Assembly (NCBI RefSeq): GCF_963921235.1
Contig: NC_086097.1
Span: 110,362,001-110,426,000, forward strand
Length of the DNA stretch: 64,000 nt
Origin: Mobula hypostoma
Lineage: Eukaryota
Direction: 5' to 3'
Shown here: positions 51,175-64,000 of the stretch, one piece after another
How positions within the stretch are numbered: the stretch's first letter is position 1
Layout: the number at the start of each line of letters is the position of its first letter
Program-made: the position numbers and the translations under genes
The notes under the pieces: generated by a model
Database searches by the model: none
The model's input: the letters and a program-made list of their open reading frames with translations, nothing else
What the model was told of the DNA's origin: nothing

Positions 51175-51868
51175 AGTGGCACAGTATTAGCAATAGTAAA
51201 TTAGTACAGAACGACATAATACAATCCCAGAAGTTGCACACAGTGTGTACTCTGATGACTGAATGAGAATAATGTTGTACACAAACAACACAGCATGCCC
51301 ACAGAAACAACCACTCCACAATTGCAGTTCTACTCTCAAAAACTTCATATGGAGAAAGTGGACGATATCTGTGTTATAACTCTAGGTAGTTGAGAACCTG
51401 GTGAAGTGAAAGAACTAGAGTTTGAGGGCAGAGGTGGCAGGTGTTAGGGAGGTGACAGAAAGTGGCCTGTGAAAGATTATGGATATGGAAGTAAAACGCA
51501 AATTCAGAGGAAAACAACCTGAGAGAGCTGTTGCCGATGTTCATTGAAGTTAAAGGGATGTAGAATGATGGTAATAGCCTCAGTTGAGCCAATATGAAAC
51601 CAAACAATTTTTTTTCTTTGGAAATGCAAGTCTTAATTCATTGAAAAGAGCGAATGAATTTTACCATTAGCATAGTGACCATTTTCCATGATATCTTAGG
51701 AAGACCAGGAATAACCTGAGGGGAGCTGTTCTGCAAGGTGAAGGCAGGTTGCGAGCAAGTTTCCAACCCATTGCCTCGTATAATGATACCAAATATGATT
51801 ATTCAGACTTTGAAACATGTAATGGAAAGGAAGACACGTTGAAAATATGCAGCAAGAAGCCAAACCTG

Positions 51869-52438
51869 TGTGACCCTCTGGTTCCGCCAACAGCGTTAGT
51901 CTAGGGAAGACGGTCTCTGGCCCTGCCAATCGTCAGAAATCTGACGTGCAAAACCTCTTGCTTGTGTGGATGCTGTGTGATCTGTTCCCCCGTTACAAAT
52001 CAGTACCATGAAATAACAGGCAGTACACCATATGCAATTAAATGATTTAGCTTTATAATTCTTAATTTGAGTAAAGAAAAACCAAAAGAAAGGGGCCCAT
52101 TTTAATGAAACAGTCTAATGTGCACATGTTGGAGCTCACGGTTTCCCATCTGCTAGTCCTCCATCGTTTTCCCTGGGCATCATCGACTCCTGGCCCCACT
52201 CCAAGTCTACTCCAGCCTGCTGTCTACGACCTCTCCTTTCTGGTGTCTTCCCTCTTCATCTCCCGCCGAGCAAAAGACCCAGATCACCTCGTTCTCAGGC
52301 ACACAACAAGAAAATAAAACACTCCCTTCATTGGACGATGCACATGCCAAAGCCCCAGTTATCTCTAGCCATGACCCAAACACTGCTGCTACAGAAAAAC
52401 CATTACATTAGCAGTGAATCCTTTCCCAGGGTGTTACA
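51869..52438 (-). repeat. Probable solo LTR-like element
   Basis: Termini TGTGAC...GTTACA with extended inverted similarity (CCCTCTGG/CCAGGG); no clean TSD found. Confidence 0.45.
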
Positions 52439-53775
52439 CAGTAATTTACAGCAGCTAGTTAAGCTGTCACCATGTCCTTGGAGTGTTACACTTAGTTTAC
52501 AGATGGAGTGCCAGTGTTACTGTGTGGTCATCCATGAAAAATTTAGGAACAGTGAAAGTGATGATACAGTTTAGAATCTCTAAGCAGAACATATGATTTG
52601 TGTCCCATTTTATTTACACTTTGGTTTACATCTGTCAAAAGTGTAATCAGAAGGAAGTCAGCATATTCTTAAAATATGCCTAATCAAAATTAGAGTTCAA
52701 CAAATCAGCAATATCAAATTTTCAGCACATAATGCACCCAGAAAGAAAGTATAAGACAAAGGACAATAAGGAAAAATGAGGATCAGATCCAGACTGTTGT
52801 GGGGCAGTCAGCACTTATCCTGACAGTGATGGCATCCCAGATTGTGGAAGGCACTTCCATCATTGAGTGTCAAGGCAATGCTCCAGGAACACATACGCCC
52901 CGAATAAGTGCATCCGCCTCACACCTACCCACCTGCATGCCCCATCTGAGGAAGAGTCTGCAGTTCCCACTTTGTCCTCATTAGCAACATCAAAGCACAC
53001 AAAACCAGCATGTCTTTCTCAATGTTGAGGGACTGCTTAAGGAACACTTTGATTCTGCTTGTAACCCATTGCTTATAAATTACTCGCCATATGAAAGGAA
53101 GGATTTCCTTTGAAAATAAAGAATTTTGTGCACGTGTTTTTTTTTGTAATCTCTGTTGTACCTTTATTTTCATTCATTTTTGTCATTTCTCTCGGTGTTC
53201 CAAAGTCATATGGGTTAGGGTTAGTCATCTGTGGGCATGCTATCCTGGCACCAGAAGTGTAACGGCACTTCTGGGCTGCCGCCAGCCCAATCCTCGCTGG
53301 TTTGATTTGACACAAATGATGCATTTCATTGTAGGTTTCAATGTACATGTGACAAATAAAGCTAACCTTTAATCCATCAGTTTATAGCCTAAAGGGCAGC
53401 TGGAAATTGTGAAGATCACAGACGGCAGGAACAGGCTTTGTATGTCTTTGCAATTTTCTCATCAGCTTTGCAGTTCGAGAGCTCTTGAGAAGACAGACTG
53501 TGTCTCCACATTACTTGAACAATCCAACTCATAAATGCAAAGAAAGGAGATTATTTGGCCACTAGGACCTTGCTGGCTTCCAGGAAAAATTGTGTTTACA
53601 AGTTTTTGCCACTGAGTTCTTCCAGCGGTTTGTTTTTCACTCCAGACTCCAGTCTGCAGTCTTGTGTCTTGAGCAATTGTAGTAGTTTCATTCTCCATCT
53701 CCTTATTTTCCTTATTCCTGCTCCCCTTTGCTTCCCCTTTGATTCTTCCTATGAATTGGATTGAACTGACTTTAT

Positions 53776-54027
53776 AAAAATTGCTGGTGAATGCAGCAGG
53801 CCAGGCAGCATCTATAGGAATAGGTACAGTCGATGTTTCGGACCAAGACCCTTCGTCAGGACTAACTGAAAGAAGAGCTAGTAAGAGCTTACAGTTAGTC
53901 CTGACGAAGGGTCTTGGCCCGAAACGTCGACTGTACCTATTCCTAGAGAAGCTGCCTGACCTGCTGTGTTCGCCAGCAACTTCTAGGTGTGTTGCTTGAA
54001 ATTCCAGCATCTGCAGATTTCCTCGTG
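53776..54027. mobile_element. Miniature fold-back PLE terminal element with two hammerhead motifs
   Basis: Inverted arms around a ~22-bp spacer; 14-bp TSD TGAACTGACTTTAT (53762-53775, 54028-54041). Confidence 0.92.
53897..53932 (+). ncRNA. Minimal type I hammerhead ribozyme motif
   Basis: AGTC-CTGACGA-A-GGGT(CTTG)GCCC-GAAAC-GTC-GACT; antisense partner at ~53828-53863. Confidence 0.85.
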
Positions 54028-54728
54028 TGAACTGACTTTATGACTTGCATCTTTATGTACACAAGGAGTAAAAATCTTTATGTCTAAATGTGCAATGTGA
54101 AATTTATAGTCATTTATAATAAATAGTATGTACAACAGTACAGTCAATATAACATAGAAATACAATTGTGTCAGTGTAAGTTAATCAGTCTGATGGCCTG
54201 GTGGAAGATGCTGTCCCTGGAGCTTGCTGGTCCTGGCTTTTATGCTGTGGTACCATTTCCCAGATGGTAACAGTTGGAACAGTTTGTGGTTGGGGTGACA
54301 AGAGTCCCCAATGATCCTTCGGGCCCTCTTTACACACACCAGTCTCTGTAAATGTCCTGAATCATGGGAAGTTCATATCTACAGATGCGCTGGGCTGTCT
54401 GCACCACTCTCTGCAGAGTCCTGTGATTAAGGGAGGTACAGTTCCCATACAGGCAGTGATGCAGCCAGTCAGGATGCTCTCAGATGTGTCCCTGTAGAAA
54501 GTTCTTAGGATTTGGGGGCCCATACCAAACTTACTCAACTGTCTGAGGTGAAAGAGGCACTGTTGTGCCTTTTTCACAACACAGCCAGTATGTACAGACC
54601 ATGTGATATCCTCGGTGATGTTTATGCTGAGGAACTTAAAGCTGTTCACCCTCTCAACCCCAGATCGGTTAACCCATATAAATAGGGAATTTATTGAGGC
54701 CAGTGAACTGATTGGAAAAAAGTTGTAA

Positions 54729-55921
54729 ATAGAAACATAGAAAATAGGTGCAGGAGTAGGCCATTTGGCCCTTCGAGCCTGCACCGCCATTCAGTATGAT
54801 CATGGCTGATCATCCAACTCAGAACCCTGTACCAGCCTTCCCTCCATACCCCCTGATCCCCGTAGCCACAAGGGCCATACCTAATTCTCTCTTAAATATA
54901 GCTAATGAACTGGCCTCAACTGTTTCCTGTGGCAGAGAATTCCACAGATTCACCACTCTCTGTGTGAAGAAGTTTTTCCTAATCTCGGTCCTAAAAGGCT
55001 TCCCCTTTATCCTCAAACTGTGACCCCTCGTTCTGGACTTCCCCAACATCGGGAACAATCTTCCTGCATCTAGCCTGTCAATCCCTTTAGGATTTTATAC
55101 GTTTCAATCAGATCCCCCCTCAATCTTCTAAATTCCAACGAGTATAAGTCTAGTTCATCCAGTCTTTCATCATGTGAAAGTCCTGCCATCCCAGGAATCA
55201 ATCTGGTGAACCTTCTTTGTACTCCCTCTATGGCAAGGATGTCTTTCCTCAGATTAGGGGACCAAAACTACACACAATACTCCAGGTGTGGTCTCACCAA
55301 GGCCTTGTACAACTGCAGTAGTACCTCCCTGCTCCTGTACTCGAATCCTCTTGCTATAAATGCCAGCATACCATTCGCCTTTTTCACCGCCTGCTGTACC
55401 TGCATGCCCACTTTCAATGACTGGTGTATAATGACACCCAGGTCTCGTTGCACCTCCCCTTTTCCTAATCGGCCACTATTCAGATAATAATCTGTTTTCC
55501 TATTTTTGCCACCAAAGTGGATAACTTCACATTTATCCACATTAAATTGCATCTGCCATGAATTTGCCCACTCACCCAACCTATCCAAGTCACCCTGCAT
55601 CCTCTTAGCATCCTCCTCACAGCTAACACTGCCACCCAGCTTCGTGTCATCCGCAAACTTGGAGATGCTGCATTTAATTCCCTCATCCAAGTCATTAATA
55701 TATATTGTAAACAACTGGGGTCCGAGCACTGAGCCTTGCGGTACCCCACTAGTCACTGCCTGCCATTCTGAAAAGGTCCCGTTTATTCCCACTCTTTGCT
55801 TCCTGTCTGCCAACCAATTCTCTATCCACATCAATACCTTACCCCCAATACCGTGTGCTTTAAGTTTGCACACTAATCTCCTGTGTGGGACCTTGTCAAA
55901 AGCCTTTTGAAAATCCAAATG
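54729..55921 (-). mobile_element. Young 5'-truncated CR1 LINE
   Basis: LDFQKAFDKVPHRRL..GVPQGSVLGPQLF..KFADDTKL; same family as 2452-3261. Confidence 0.95.
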
Positions 55922-56074
55922 TGATGAGAGAGGGACCTGAAACATCTGAAGACAATTCACAGAGAGGAGTGAGTACTGCACAGACAGTACTTCAGGATCC
56001 AGCCTTGGTCCCTGGAGCTGGGAGACAGGAGCACTAACTGCTGTGCTGTCAAGACACTGTCTCAAGTTGGCTGA

Positions 56075-56565
56075 GCAACATCTCATGTTCAGTCTCGTTA
56101 GTCTCCAACCTGATGCATGAACATTGCTTTCTCCCTCTTCTGGTAATTTCCCCCCCCACCACCACGTCTTCTTTTATTCTCCACTCTAGCCCTTCTCTTA
56201 CTTCTTTTCTACTTATCTGCCTATCACCTCCCCAGACCTCCTCCTTCCCTTTTTCCCATGGTCCGTTCTCCTCTTCTATCAGATTCCTTCTTCTACAATC
56301 CTTCTATCTTTTCTACCTGTCACCTCACAGCCTCTTCATCCCGCCTCCCCCACACACCTGGCTTCACCTATCACCTTCTAGCTTGTACTCTGTCCCCTCC
56401 CCTCCTTCTGTCATCTTCCCTCTGCCTTTCCAGTCCTGATGAAGGGTCTCAGCCCTAAGCATTGACTGTTTATTCATTTTCATAGATGTTGCCCAACCTG
56501 CTGAGTTCCTCCAGCATTTTGTGCGTGTAGCTCTGAATTTCCCACATCTGCAGAATCTCTTGTGT
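56075..56565 (+). mobile_element. Old PLE 3' fragment with degenerate hammerhead (~56432-56468)
   Basis: EQHLMF..LQPD; CAGTCCTGATGAAGGGTCTCAGCCCTAAGCATTGACTG. Confidence 0.8.
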
Positions 56566-57684
56566 ACATCATGTTCCTGTTACTAGCATACTGTTAGAAA
56601 TGTAACCCTGTCACTTAATGCATAGTGCTCGACAGATCTCTTTTGCCTCTTACCCTCTGGTTAAATTGTACATTCATGGAGCCATCCCGCAACACTATAA
56701 CTAAAGGGTTATATTTTGGGTGTTCAACTTGTGGAACAGATTCCATTATGAACATACAAAGGAGTTCTGCTAGATAGGATGTGCTACCATTGTAAATACT
56801 GTATGCAATTCTGTCATTTGTCTGACTGCATTCAAAATGTTAAAGCAATTCAAACTGTAGTTAATCATTTATTGTTAGATTTGTGTTGAAGGAGAGTGGG
56901 ATTCTCCTGCACTCTCTCTCCAGCTGTGTGAAAAAAGGCTTTCCTACATTCCAATTACAGCTTTCATATGATTCAGTTTTAATACAGTCACTGCTATATG
57001 TGGCTTCACACCATCACCTATCCTTGAGGTAGTAGTTACAGACTCCTCATCAGAAAAACACCTGTTGACCATTACCTTTTACCTTCTATCACTAATTTTG
57101 CACCATGGATCCTGTGTGCTGGAACTTTCTGGACCAGCCTTACAGGACCTTGTCAGAAGTCTGACAGAAATCCTATAAACCACACCTATCATTCTTTGTA
57201 AATGTGAGTTACCTCTTCCAAAAACTGTGTGACATGATCTCCCCTGTGCAAAACCATGGAGACATTCCCGTGTAAACTTGACACTGATGAATATTGCAAA
57301 CTACAATTCCATCAATGATTTTGGTAGCATGGTGGTTATTTTACCGGACCAGTAAGCCATAAGCTTGTTCCAATTTTCCTAAAGCATGAGTGCTAATACT
57401 ATGGCATTCAGTTCAGTTCATTAAAGAAATGAGAAATAATCATAATGGTGACCGTGAAGCTGCAAACCATTGCTAAAAGTCCATCTGATCTTCTGTAAAT
57501 TGTTTATAAAAACAACTACCAACATTGTGTGGATTTATGCAAATCCAGATAACAACATTATTGAATGTTCTCTGAAATGGGCACTCATATTAAAGGAAGT
57601 TACAGAAAAACAAATGTTTGCTTGCCAGCAATGTCCATATCCCAGGAATGAAGACAAGGCTATGGCAGAGTTGGTCCATTTGGC

Positions 57685-57960
57685 CCATTGAGCCTTTCCA
57701 TCATGGCTGATTACTATCCCTCTCAACCCTATTCTCCTGTCTTCTCCCCATAATCTTTGATGCCTTGACTAATCTGTTTTAAATATGCCCAATGATTTGG
57801 CTTCCACAGCGCTGATGGCAATGAATGCCATAGATTCACTACTCTACATCTGAAGAAATTCCTCCTCATCTCTGTTCCAAATGGAAGTTCCTCTATTCTG
57901 AAGCTGTGCCCTCTAGTCCGAGACTCCCCCACCATAGGAAACATCATCTCCACATCCACG
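57685..57960 (-). mobile_element. CR1 3' fragment
   Basis: MFPMVGESRTRGHSFRI..MRRNFF..RVVNLWHSLP. Confidence 0.85.
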
Positions 57961-60923
57961 TAAATGAATGTGAACAATGTAGAATACCAGAGTAACAATA
58001 CGAATTAATTTATTATAAAATTGATAGAAATAACAATAAATATACTTTTGAAAGAACAAGCAACAACATGAAAAATCAAATCCCAAATATAATAAAGAAA
58101 CAGTAGTAGTAGTATCTTCCAATCCAAAGTAAAGCTTAAGACCTTTTGTTGGCTATTAGTATGCAGTACTGTGTGTGCCTAAAATACAACTCAAACAAGG
58201 TCAGCAATATGTAAACATTCTGAACTCCACTGGGTTACATAGCATTAGGTCATTCCGATCAGAGATTCAAATTCAGTCCTGTGTGAGTTTAACTGGACGA
58301 TAGTTAAGGAACTTCATTCATGTTCAAGTAGCCTGAGCTGGGGAATGTCAAGCTCCCACTATTAGATTATTCTTCTAAACATCCACCTGTAACCAAAGAT
58401 GAACTTCCCCTCAACTCAGAGGGGAAGATTAGTTGTAAAACTCATCACTATTTAATTAAGCAAGCAGATTAATATAAAAATTCCCATAAATACAATATTA
58501 TTTACTCCAATTCCACTGGAAATTGGTAAAATTATTTCCTTGAAATAAGTTGTGAGCTTGAGACTATTAATTATTGTTTTTTCTTCATTGGCTGTAAAAT
58601 GTTCTTTGTGTTTTGACACAGAACAAATTTTGCTTCTTTGCAAAATGCAAGAATGAAGCATTCAACCTCACACCTAACTTTCACTAGCAACAATGGAAAA
58701 ACTTTGAATGGACTACCCATTAACTCTAGCCTGTTTAGTGCAATTGAGAGAGAACAATTTTGCTCCACTTGTCTTTTTAAACAGTAATTTCCGGTTGAAG
58801 GGCCTTGTTTGAAGAAACACAGTTCATTCACAATTACAAATGTAGCCCTGCCTTCAATTCACAGTTGTTTGCAGACTAATTGAAGCACAGGAAGATGGAT
58901 TCACTTGTAAATTGGATTACATAAGACTATGGTAACATGCAGTGTACAAAAGAAATAGTCTAAAACTTAAGGAGAAACAGGGTTACACTTATTTGACTTT
59001 GGTGGTGTTAGGATGATTTAATTATAAAATTATTACATATTTAGAGGTTTTCCTTCTGGTCTGGACTGGGAATTTGTTAATTGTTGATCAGACATGATCT
59101 AAACCCTGCAACTGGCCTTCAGTTTAGTTTAGGGAATAATTTCCAGAATTGTGAGAAAACTTTTCTGAAGGCTCTTTGGTGGATGAAGATCTTAAATGGA
59201 TATTACAGACAACAATCTCAAATTTCTGAGGACAAGGCAAAAAAAAATCCAACAGTCAAACAGATCACTCAATTAGTCACAAAACTAGTCAATTACTTGC
59301 GGAAGGAAGTAAACATTGTTGGGCACATGATGTAGTCAATATTATATGTACATATTTTGGCATACTCTTTTATAATAGTACAATGATTGCTTAGTCATTT
59401 GATTGTGAAATGTTGTGTCTTATAAATATTTTCTCCAAGTTTTATTATTATAATATGAAACTATATTTCAGTTTCCTAAAATTAGTACACCATAATTGAA
59501 TAATATACAATGTTTTTGTTGAGGAATATTTTAACATACTTTTCAAAAACATGATAACTGATCCACATAAATGAACGAAAGATAACAAAGGAATCACTTT
59601 CAAAGCAGCTGATGCAGAAGTCAAATTTAAAATGATGCCCTTATGTCAAATGATATAGAGAAAAGAAATCCAGCAGTTACTATCCAGCCTTGGAAGATTA
59701 AGCTACGTAATCTTACTTTGTATTTTGATTTAGCTTGTTATGTATAACATTTGTTTTATCATGTTATTGATAAATCTACACTAACTCAGCACACCAAGAA
59801 TACAACCTGAATTACGTGAGAAAGATTTGAAACACAGGATTATGTGTGGCATCTGTCATAGAAACTATTGAAATCTGTCCCCCTTGCACTGTGGTATCCA
59901 TCTGCAGATTAGAAGTTGCTGTGATCAAAGTTATTTTACTCTGAAACCTGTCATGCACAAGTTATTGTGCAAATATTTTGAACCATGCATCAGATAAGCA
60001 GAATTGCTTTTGGACATCAATGATCAGAGGTTAATATAGAAATGGGGATAATCTTATGGAATGAAATTCTGATCAGGTAATATTTGCTGTTGGAAGGATA
60101 GTTCACAATTTCCATAAGCCCCGTGCTTGGATCTGTTATGGGTTGTATAATCGATTACCATGATTATTGTTACTTAGGCAATTACCAGAATAGCATGAAA
60201 TTAACTGGAAAGACATTTGATCATTTTTCATCTGGCAATTCATAGATTTTGAATTTGTTCCTACAAGAGAAGCTCTCTTTCATAATAAGGCCCCTCTCTG
60301 AATGGTGATTCCACCTCTGCTACACTGGCCAATCTGCTCCTGCTTTTGGAATCACTGACTTCCCCCTCGGCCACCCTGACTACAATTTGCTCATCCCCAG
60401 CTTACTTGTTCCTGCAGCTGTTCCTGAGAACTGAACCGATCACACCCGTGGATGCTCTGCCGTGGACCAAGGGCTGTGTATTGGAAAACGGAGGCATTAC
60501 CATAGCCGAAACACTTGATAAGACATTTTTGAAAAGCAGATTTTACACTTTTCAAAAATATTTTAGGTGTTGATATATTTTAAGTAGCTTTTGTATTAAG
60601 TATTTTTGAAAGCTACCACAATACAACTGTAAATATTTTTCTGAAATTTTCCTCTCTTATTCATAAATTAACTGCCATTATTTTTAAATTTGTCCCACAA
60701 CTTAGGTTTTTTATAATGAGAAATTGTTCAATGAGTCCAAATTCCAGGTCACAGTTTGCTATAACAAAAAGGTTTTATTTCCTATAGGTTAATGCAGTTT
60801 ACCCATTATTGCTAGATAAATTGAAGCAACCTTGGTTATATCTTAACTTTTTCTCAAAGACTTATCTCAAGATTTAATACTGGAGATCACTATGTCTGAT
60901 ACTGATATTTACTGTCACTAGAG

Positions 60924-60992
60924 CAGGGGTTTCCAACCAGACCCTCGGTTATTGGTAGGGGTCCATGGTATAAAAAAGGTTGGGAACCCCTG
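60924..60992. mobile_element. hAT-type MITE (69 bp)
   Basis: TIR CAGGGGTTTCCAACC/GGTTGGGAACCCCTG; perfect 8-bp TSD CACTAGAG. Confidence 0.9.
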
Positions 60993-61004
60993 CACTAGAG
61001 TGAA

Positions 61005-61850
61005 GTCATAGAGTTGTGTAGAGTGAAGACAATTTGTCCATGCTGACCAGATTGTGCCCCAGAACTATTCCCATTTGCCTGCATTTGGCCAACATCCATT
61101 TAAACCCTACCCGTGATGACCAGAACTGCACACACTATTCCATGTGCAGACTTACCAATGTGTAATATAGCTATTTTCTGCACTCATACTCCATGCGATA
61201 ATGGTAAGCAAGCATGCCAAATACCTCCTTTACCACCCTGTCTAGCAGCGTCTCCACTTCCAGGGAACTAAGTACTTAAACCCTTAGGTCTGCCCGATCT
61301 ACAACATTTCCCAGTGTCCTGCCATTTACTGTGCAAGTCCTCCCTTAGTTTACCTTTCAAAAATTCATCACTTTGCTCTTGTCGGATTTAAATTTCATAT
61401 GCCATTTTTTGGCCCACATCCCCAGATGATCTTGACCTTACTGAATTTTCAGATATCACTCTTTACGTCCCCTATGCCACCAATCTTGGTCACCTACAAT
61501 CTCCCTAACCATGCCAGCTACTTTGTCATTCAAGGTATTAATATAAATGACAAACTACAATGGACCCAGCACTGATCCCTGTGGCACAGCACTAGTTACA
61601 GGTTTCCATTCTGAAAAACAGCTCTGCCCTATTGCCCTCAGACTCTTTACGCTAAACCAACTTTATTTATCCCGTTGTCCAACTCACCTGGATCCCCTGT
61701 GATTTCACCTTCTAGACCAGACTATCTTGTGGGGCTTTGCTGAAATCCATATCTACTGCCTTGCCCTCAGCAATCCTCTTCGTGACTGCTTCAAAAACCT
61801 CCTCTGCTTCAAGAGACGCAAATCTTCCCCATACCTTTGAAACTCTTCAT
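61005..61850 (-). mobile_element. Old decayed CR1 RT fragment
   Basis: Antisense of VPQGSVLGPL (ggacccagcactgatccctgtggcac) and AVDMDFSKA motifs. Confidence 0.7.
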
Positions 61851-62529
61851 ACTATGCATACCATGGATTGAAATCTTAGTGACTAATGAAGCAGAAATGA
61901 CAGAAACATGGTACCTCTTGAATATTGGCATATTCAAGCAGCACAGCTGCATTATCTAACAATACAAGATTAGACACTGCCAGTTAATGTGCTAGTAGTA
62001 ACAAGTTTAATAAATGGACCGCCACAAAAATATTGAGACTTTTTTTTTTCAGTCTTTTAAACTGGAAGATGGGCGAGTCATTAGCTTCATAGCAATTACA
62101 TTCTTTCAAGATAAAAGTCCAGAGACCAGCTCTTTCTCTTGCCCAGTTATCAAGGTCTGAAATTTAGTTACTGGTTGGAATGTTTACACAATGAGTTTCT
62201 GATAGACGTACAGTTGTCCTGTGAGTGTACATTCTCTCCAAAAGTCAAAATAATATTTTCTTATTGACCTGAACTTTCTGTGAACATATGAGTATGGAAT
62301 AAAAGTACTTGACAAGTTATTTATTTTTGTTGAGGCAGTGACCAGTGCGCTTTATTGAGAAAAATCCATTTTATATTTGTATCTTTTCTTTGACTTGATT
62401 ACCAACCAATATTGAGGAGCATTCAACCATTATTGCCATTCTATGTATATAAAAAAGCAAGAACCTGACTTCACATTAATTTAGATCCACATTGGAGATT
62501 CTGTTGTCATTTCCCCCTGCGCCCCTTGC

Positions 62530-62792
62530 AGAAGGTAGTGTAGTGGTTAGCACAACACTCCACAGTAGCAGCGATCCAGGTTCAATTCCTGCTGCTGTCC
62601 TGTAAAGAGTTTGTACATTCTCCCCGTGACCATGTGGGTTTCCACTGGTTTCCTCCCACAGTCCTGGATGGTGGGTTAATTAGTCTGTAAATTGTTCCAT
62701 GATTAGGCTAGGATTAAATCAGGGGATTGCTGGGCAGCGAGACTCGAAGGGCCGGAAGGGCCTATTCCAGGCAGTAACTCAGTAAACAAATA
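62530..62792 (+). mobile_element. V-SINE/HE1-like SINE
   Basis: GGTAGTGTAGTGGTTAGCAC..GGTTCAATTCC..GTGGGTTTCCACTGGTTTCCTCCCACAGTCC. Confidence 0.7.
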
Positions 62793-63329
62793 ATCCTGAA
62801 TTTCACTCAATCAGGTCGCAGAACTATATAAAAAGTGGTAATTATATTCCCATTTACTTCCCCACTGGGTGTTTGAACCTTGTTAAAATTTACCATTGAG
62901 TGCCCTATTAGAATATAATTCCTGCACTCTTTCAATGGAAGAAATACACAATTTATCCGCTAATGCAGACAACAACCTGGTGAAATGCAGGTAGGCTTTT
63001 CAGATTTAATTCTGTCCTGCAATCAGTACAATGATGCCCTAAGTGTGATCTAATTCCAGAGACTCACCTTCATGACATAACCTCCAGCAAGCAAATGGCA
63101 TTACTGCCCCATTCCCCTCACAAGATGTTGCAGTGACCTCCATCTTTGCTTAATGCATATTACCAGCACATGCAAATGAATAAAATCTCCTCCAATGTAA
63201 AGCTGTGAATAATTATCACCAACTTCAAGCACGGTCTACTTTGCTAAGTATTGCAATGAATAAATCTTACTGAGAACTTAGTTCACTTCAAGTTTAGGGA
63301 GACATTTTGGTTTCCTTATATTACAGACA

Positions 63330-63590
63330 CAAAGATTCACTTTATTTGTCACATGCACATTGAAACATCGAAATATACGGTGAAATGCATCGTTTGCATC
63401 AGCATCAAACGCTGCCAGCACAGCATGCCCACAGCTACTACACTTAACATCTTTGGAATGTGGGAGGAAACCAGAGCCAGGGGAGACATGGTCACAGGGA
63501 GACTGTTCAGTCCTTACAGACAGTGGCGGAAATCGAATCTGATCTTCAGAACGCTGGTACTGCATTGTGCTACACTGATTACTACACTAT
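63330..63590 (-). mobile_element. V-SINE-like element
   Basis: Antisense V-core GGAATGTGGGAGGAAACCAGAG..GGTCACAGGGAGA. Confidence 0.65.
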
Positions 63591-64000
63591 TGTGTTATGG
63601 AAGGAAGTTCAGTGATGTTGTTATCCGGAGCTTCAGTCAAACAGATTGCAAACTGCATGTAGGTCAACTGGATTTCTTAGTAGGTTTGAATTACCCTCAT
63701 ATATATTGCATCCCACTATAATCCAGTCAGGAAATTAATAACTTACTGACATTTAATAACTGAACCTCATTAATTATGCTTCACAAGAGTATCACCAAAC
63801 AAAATTTATTTCCGTATCAAGTAAGGAGATGTTGGTAAGAGTCTTTTTAGGACCATCATAAAGCAGGACATGGTGCACGTCCATGCTGACCTATTTGCCC
63901 ACATTAGGACCATATCCTTCAAAGACATTCCCATTCAATTACTCTACCTGTCTAAAAGCCTCTTAAATGTTGTGATGATAGCTGATTTAACCACTTCCTT

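Larger units (their letters stand above)
53752..54670 (-). mobile_element. Rex1-like LINE 3' part with a PLE inserted in its tail
   Basis: VERVNSFKFL..KKAQQCLFHLRQLSKFGM..ESILTGCITA. Confidence 0.85.

Noticed and set aside
55268..56086. 272-aa ORF as a domesticated RT fusion
   Set aside because: A 5'-truncated CR1 RT that is in frame by chance with upstream SINE/PLE debris; downstream stop and frameshift.

Overview
Repeat-dominated vertebrate genomic DNA. The repeat complement (CR1/HER1-type LINEs, V-SINE/HE1-like SINEs, Neptune-type Penelope elements) suggests a cartilaginous fish, probably a ray; this is inference. No intact cellular gene was recognised, and nearly all track ORFs are fragments or antisense frames of transposable elements. 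Contents: several CR1 LINEs (two young 5'-truncated copies, two long decayed ones); Rex1/Babar-like LINEs and short non-coding derivatives with an AAGATGGCG head; two decayed Gypsy LTR retrotransposons; Tc1, hAT and Harbinger relics; an RTE fragment; tRNA-derived SINEs. Main highlights: (1) many Penelope-like (PLE, GIY-YIG) insertions carrying minimal hammerhead ribozymes, several being head-to-head fold-backs with 11-15 bp TSDs, from a 203-bp spacerless palindrome to a 1.7-kb inverted duplication. (2) A class III (ERV-L/S-like) endogenous retrovirus, missed by the ORF track, whose pol and 3' LTR can be rebuilt across five later insertions; it appears to lack env and dUTPase. (3) Deep multi-level nesting of elements. 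The last ~7 kb is repeat-poor and may hold conserved non-coding sequence or small minus-strand exons. Family assignments come from motif recognition by eye; no database searches were run.
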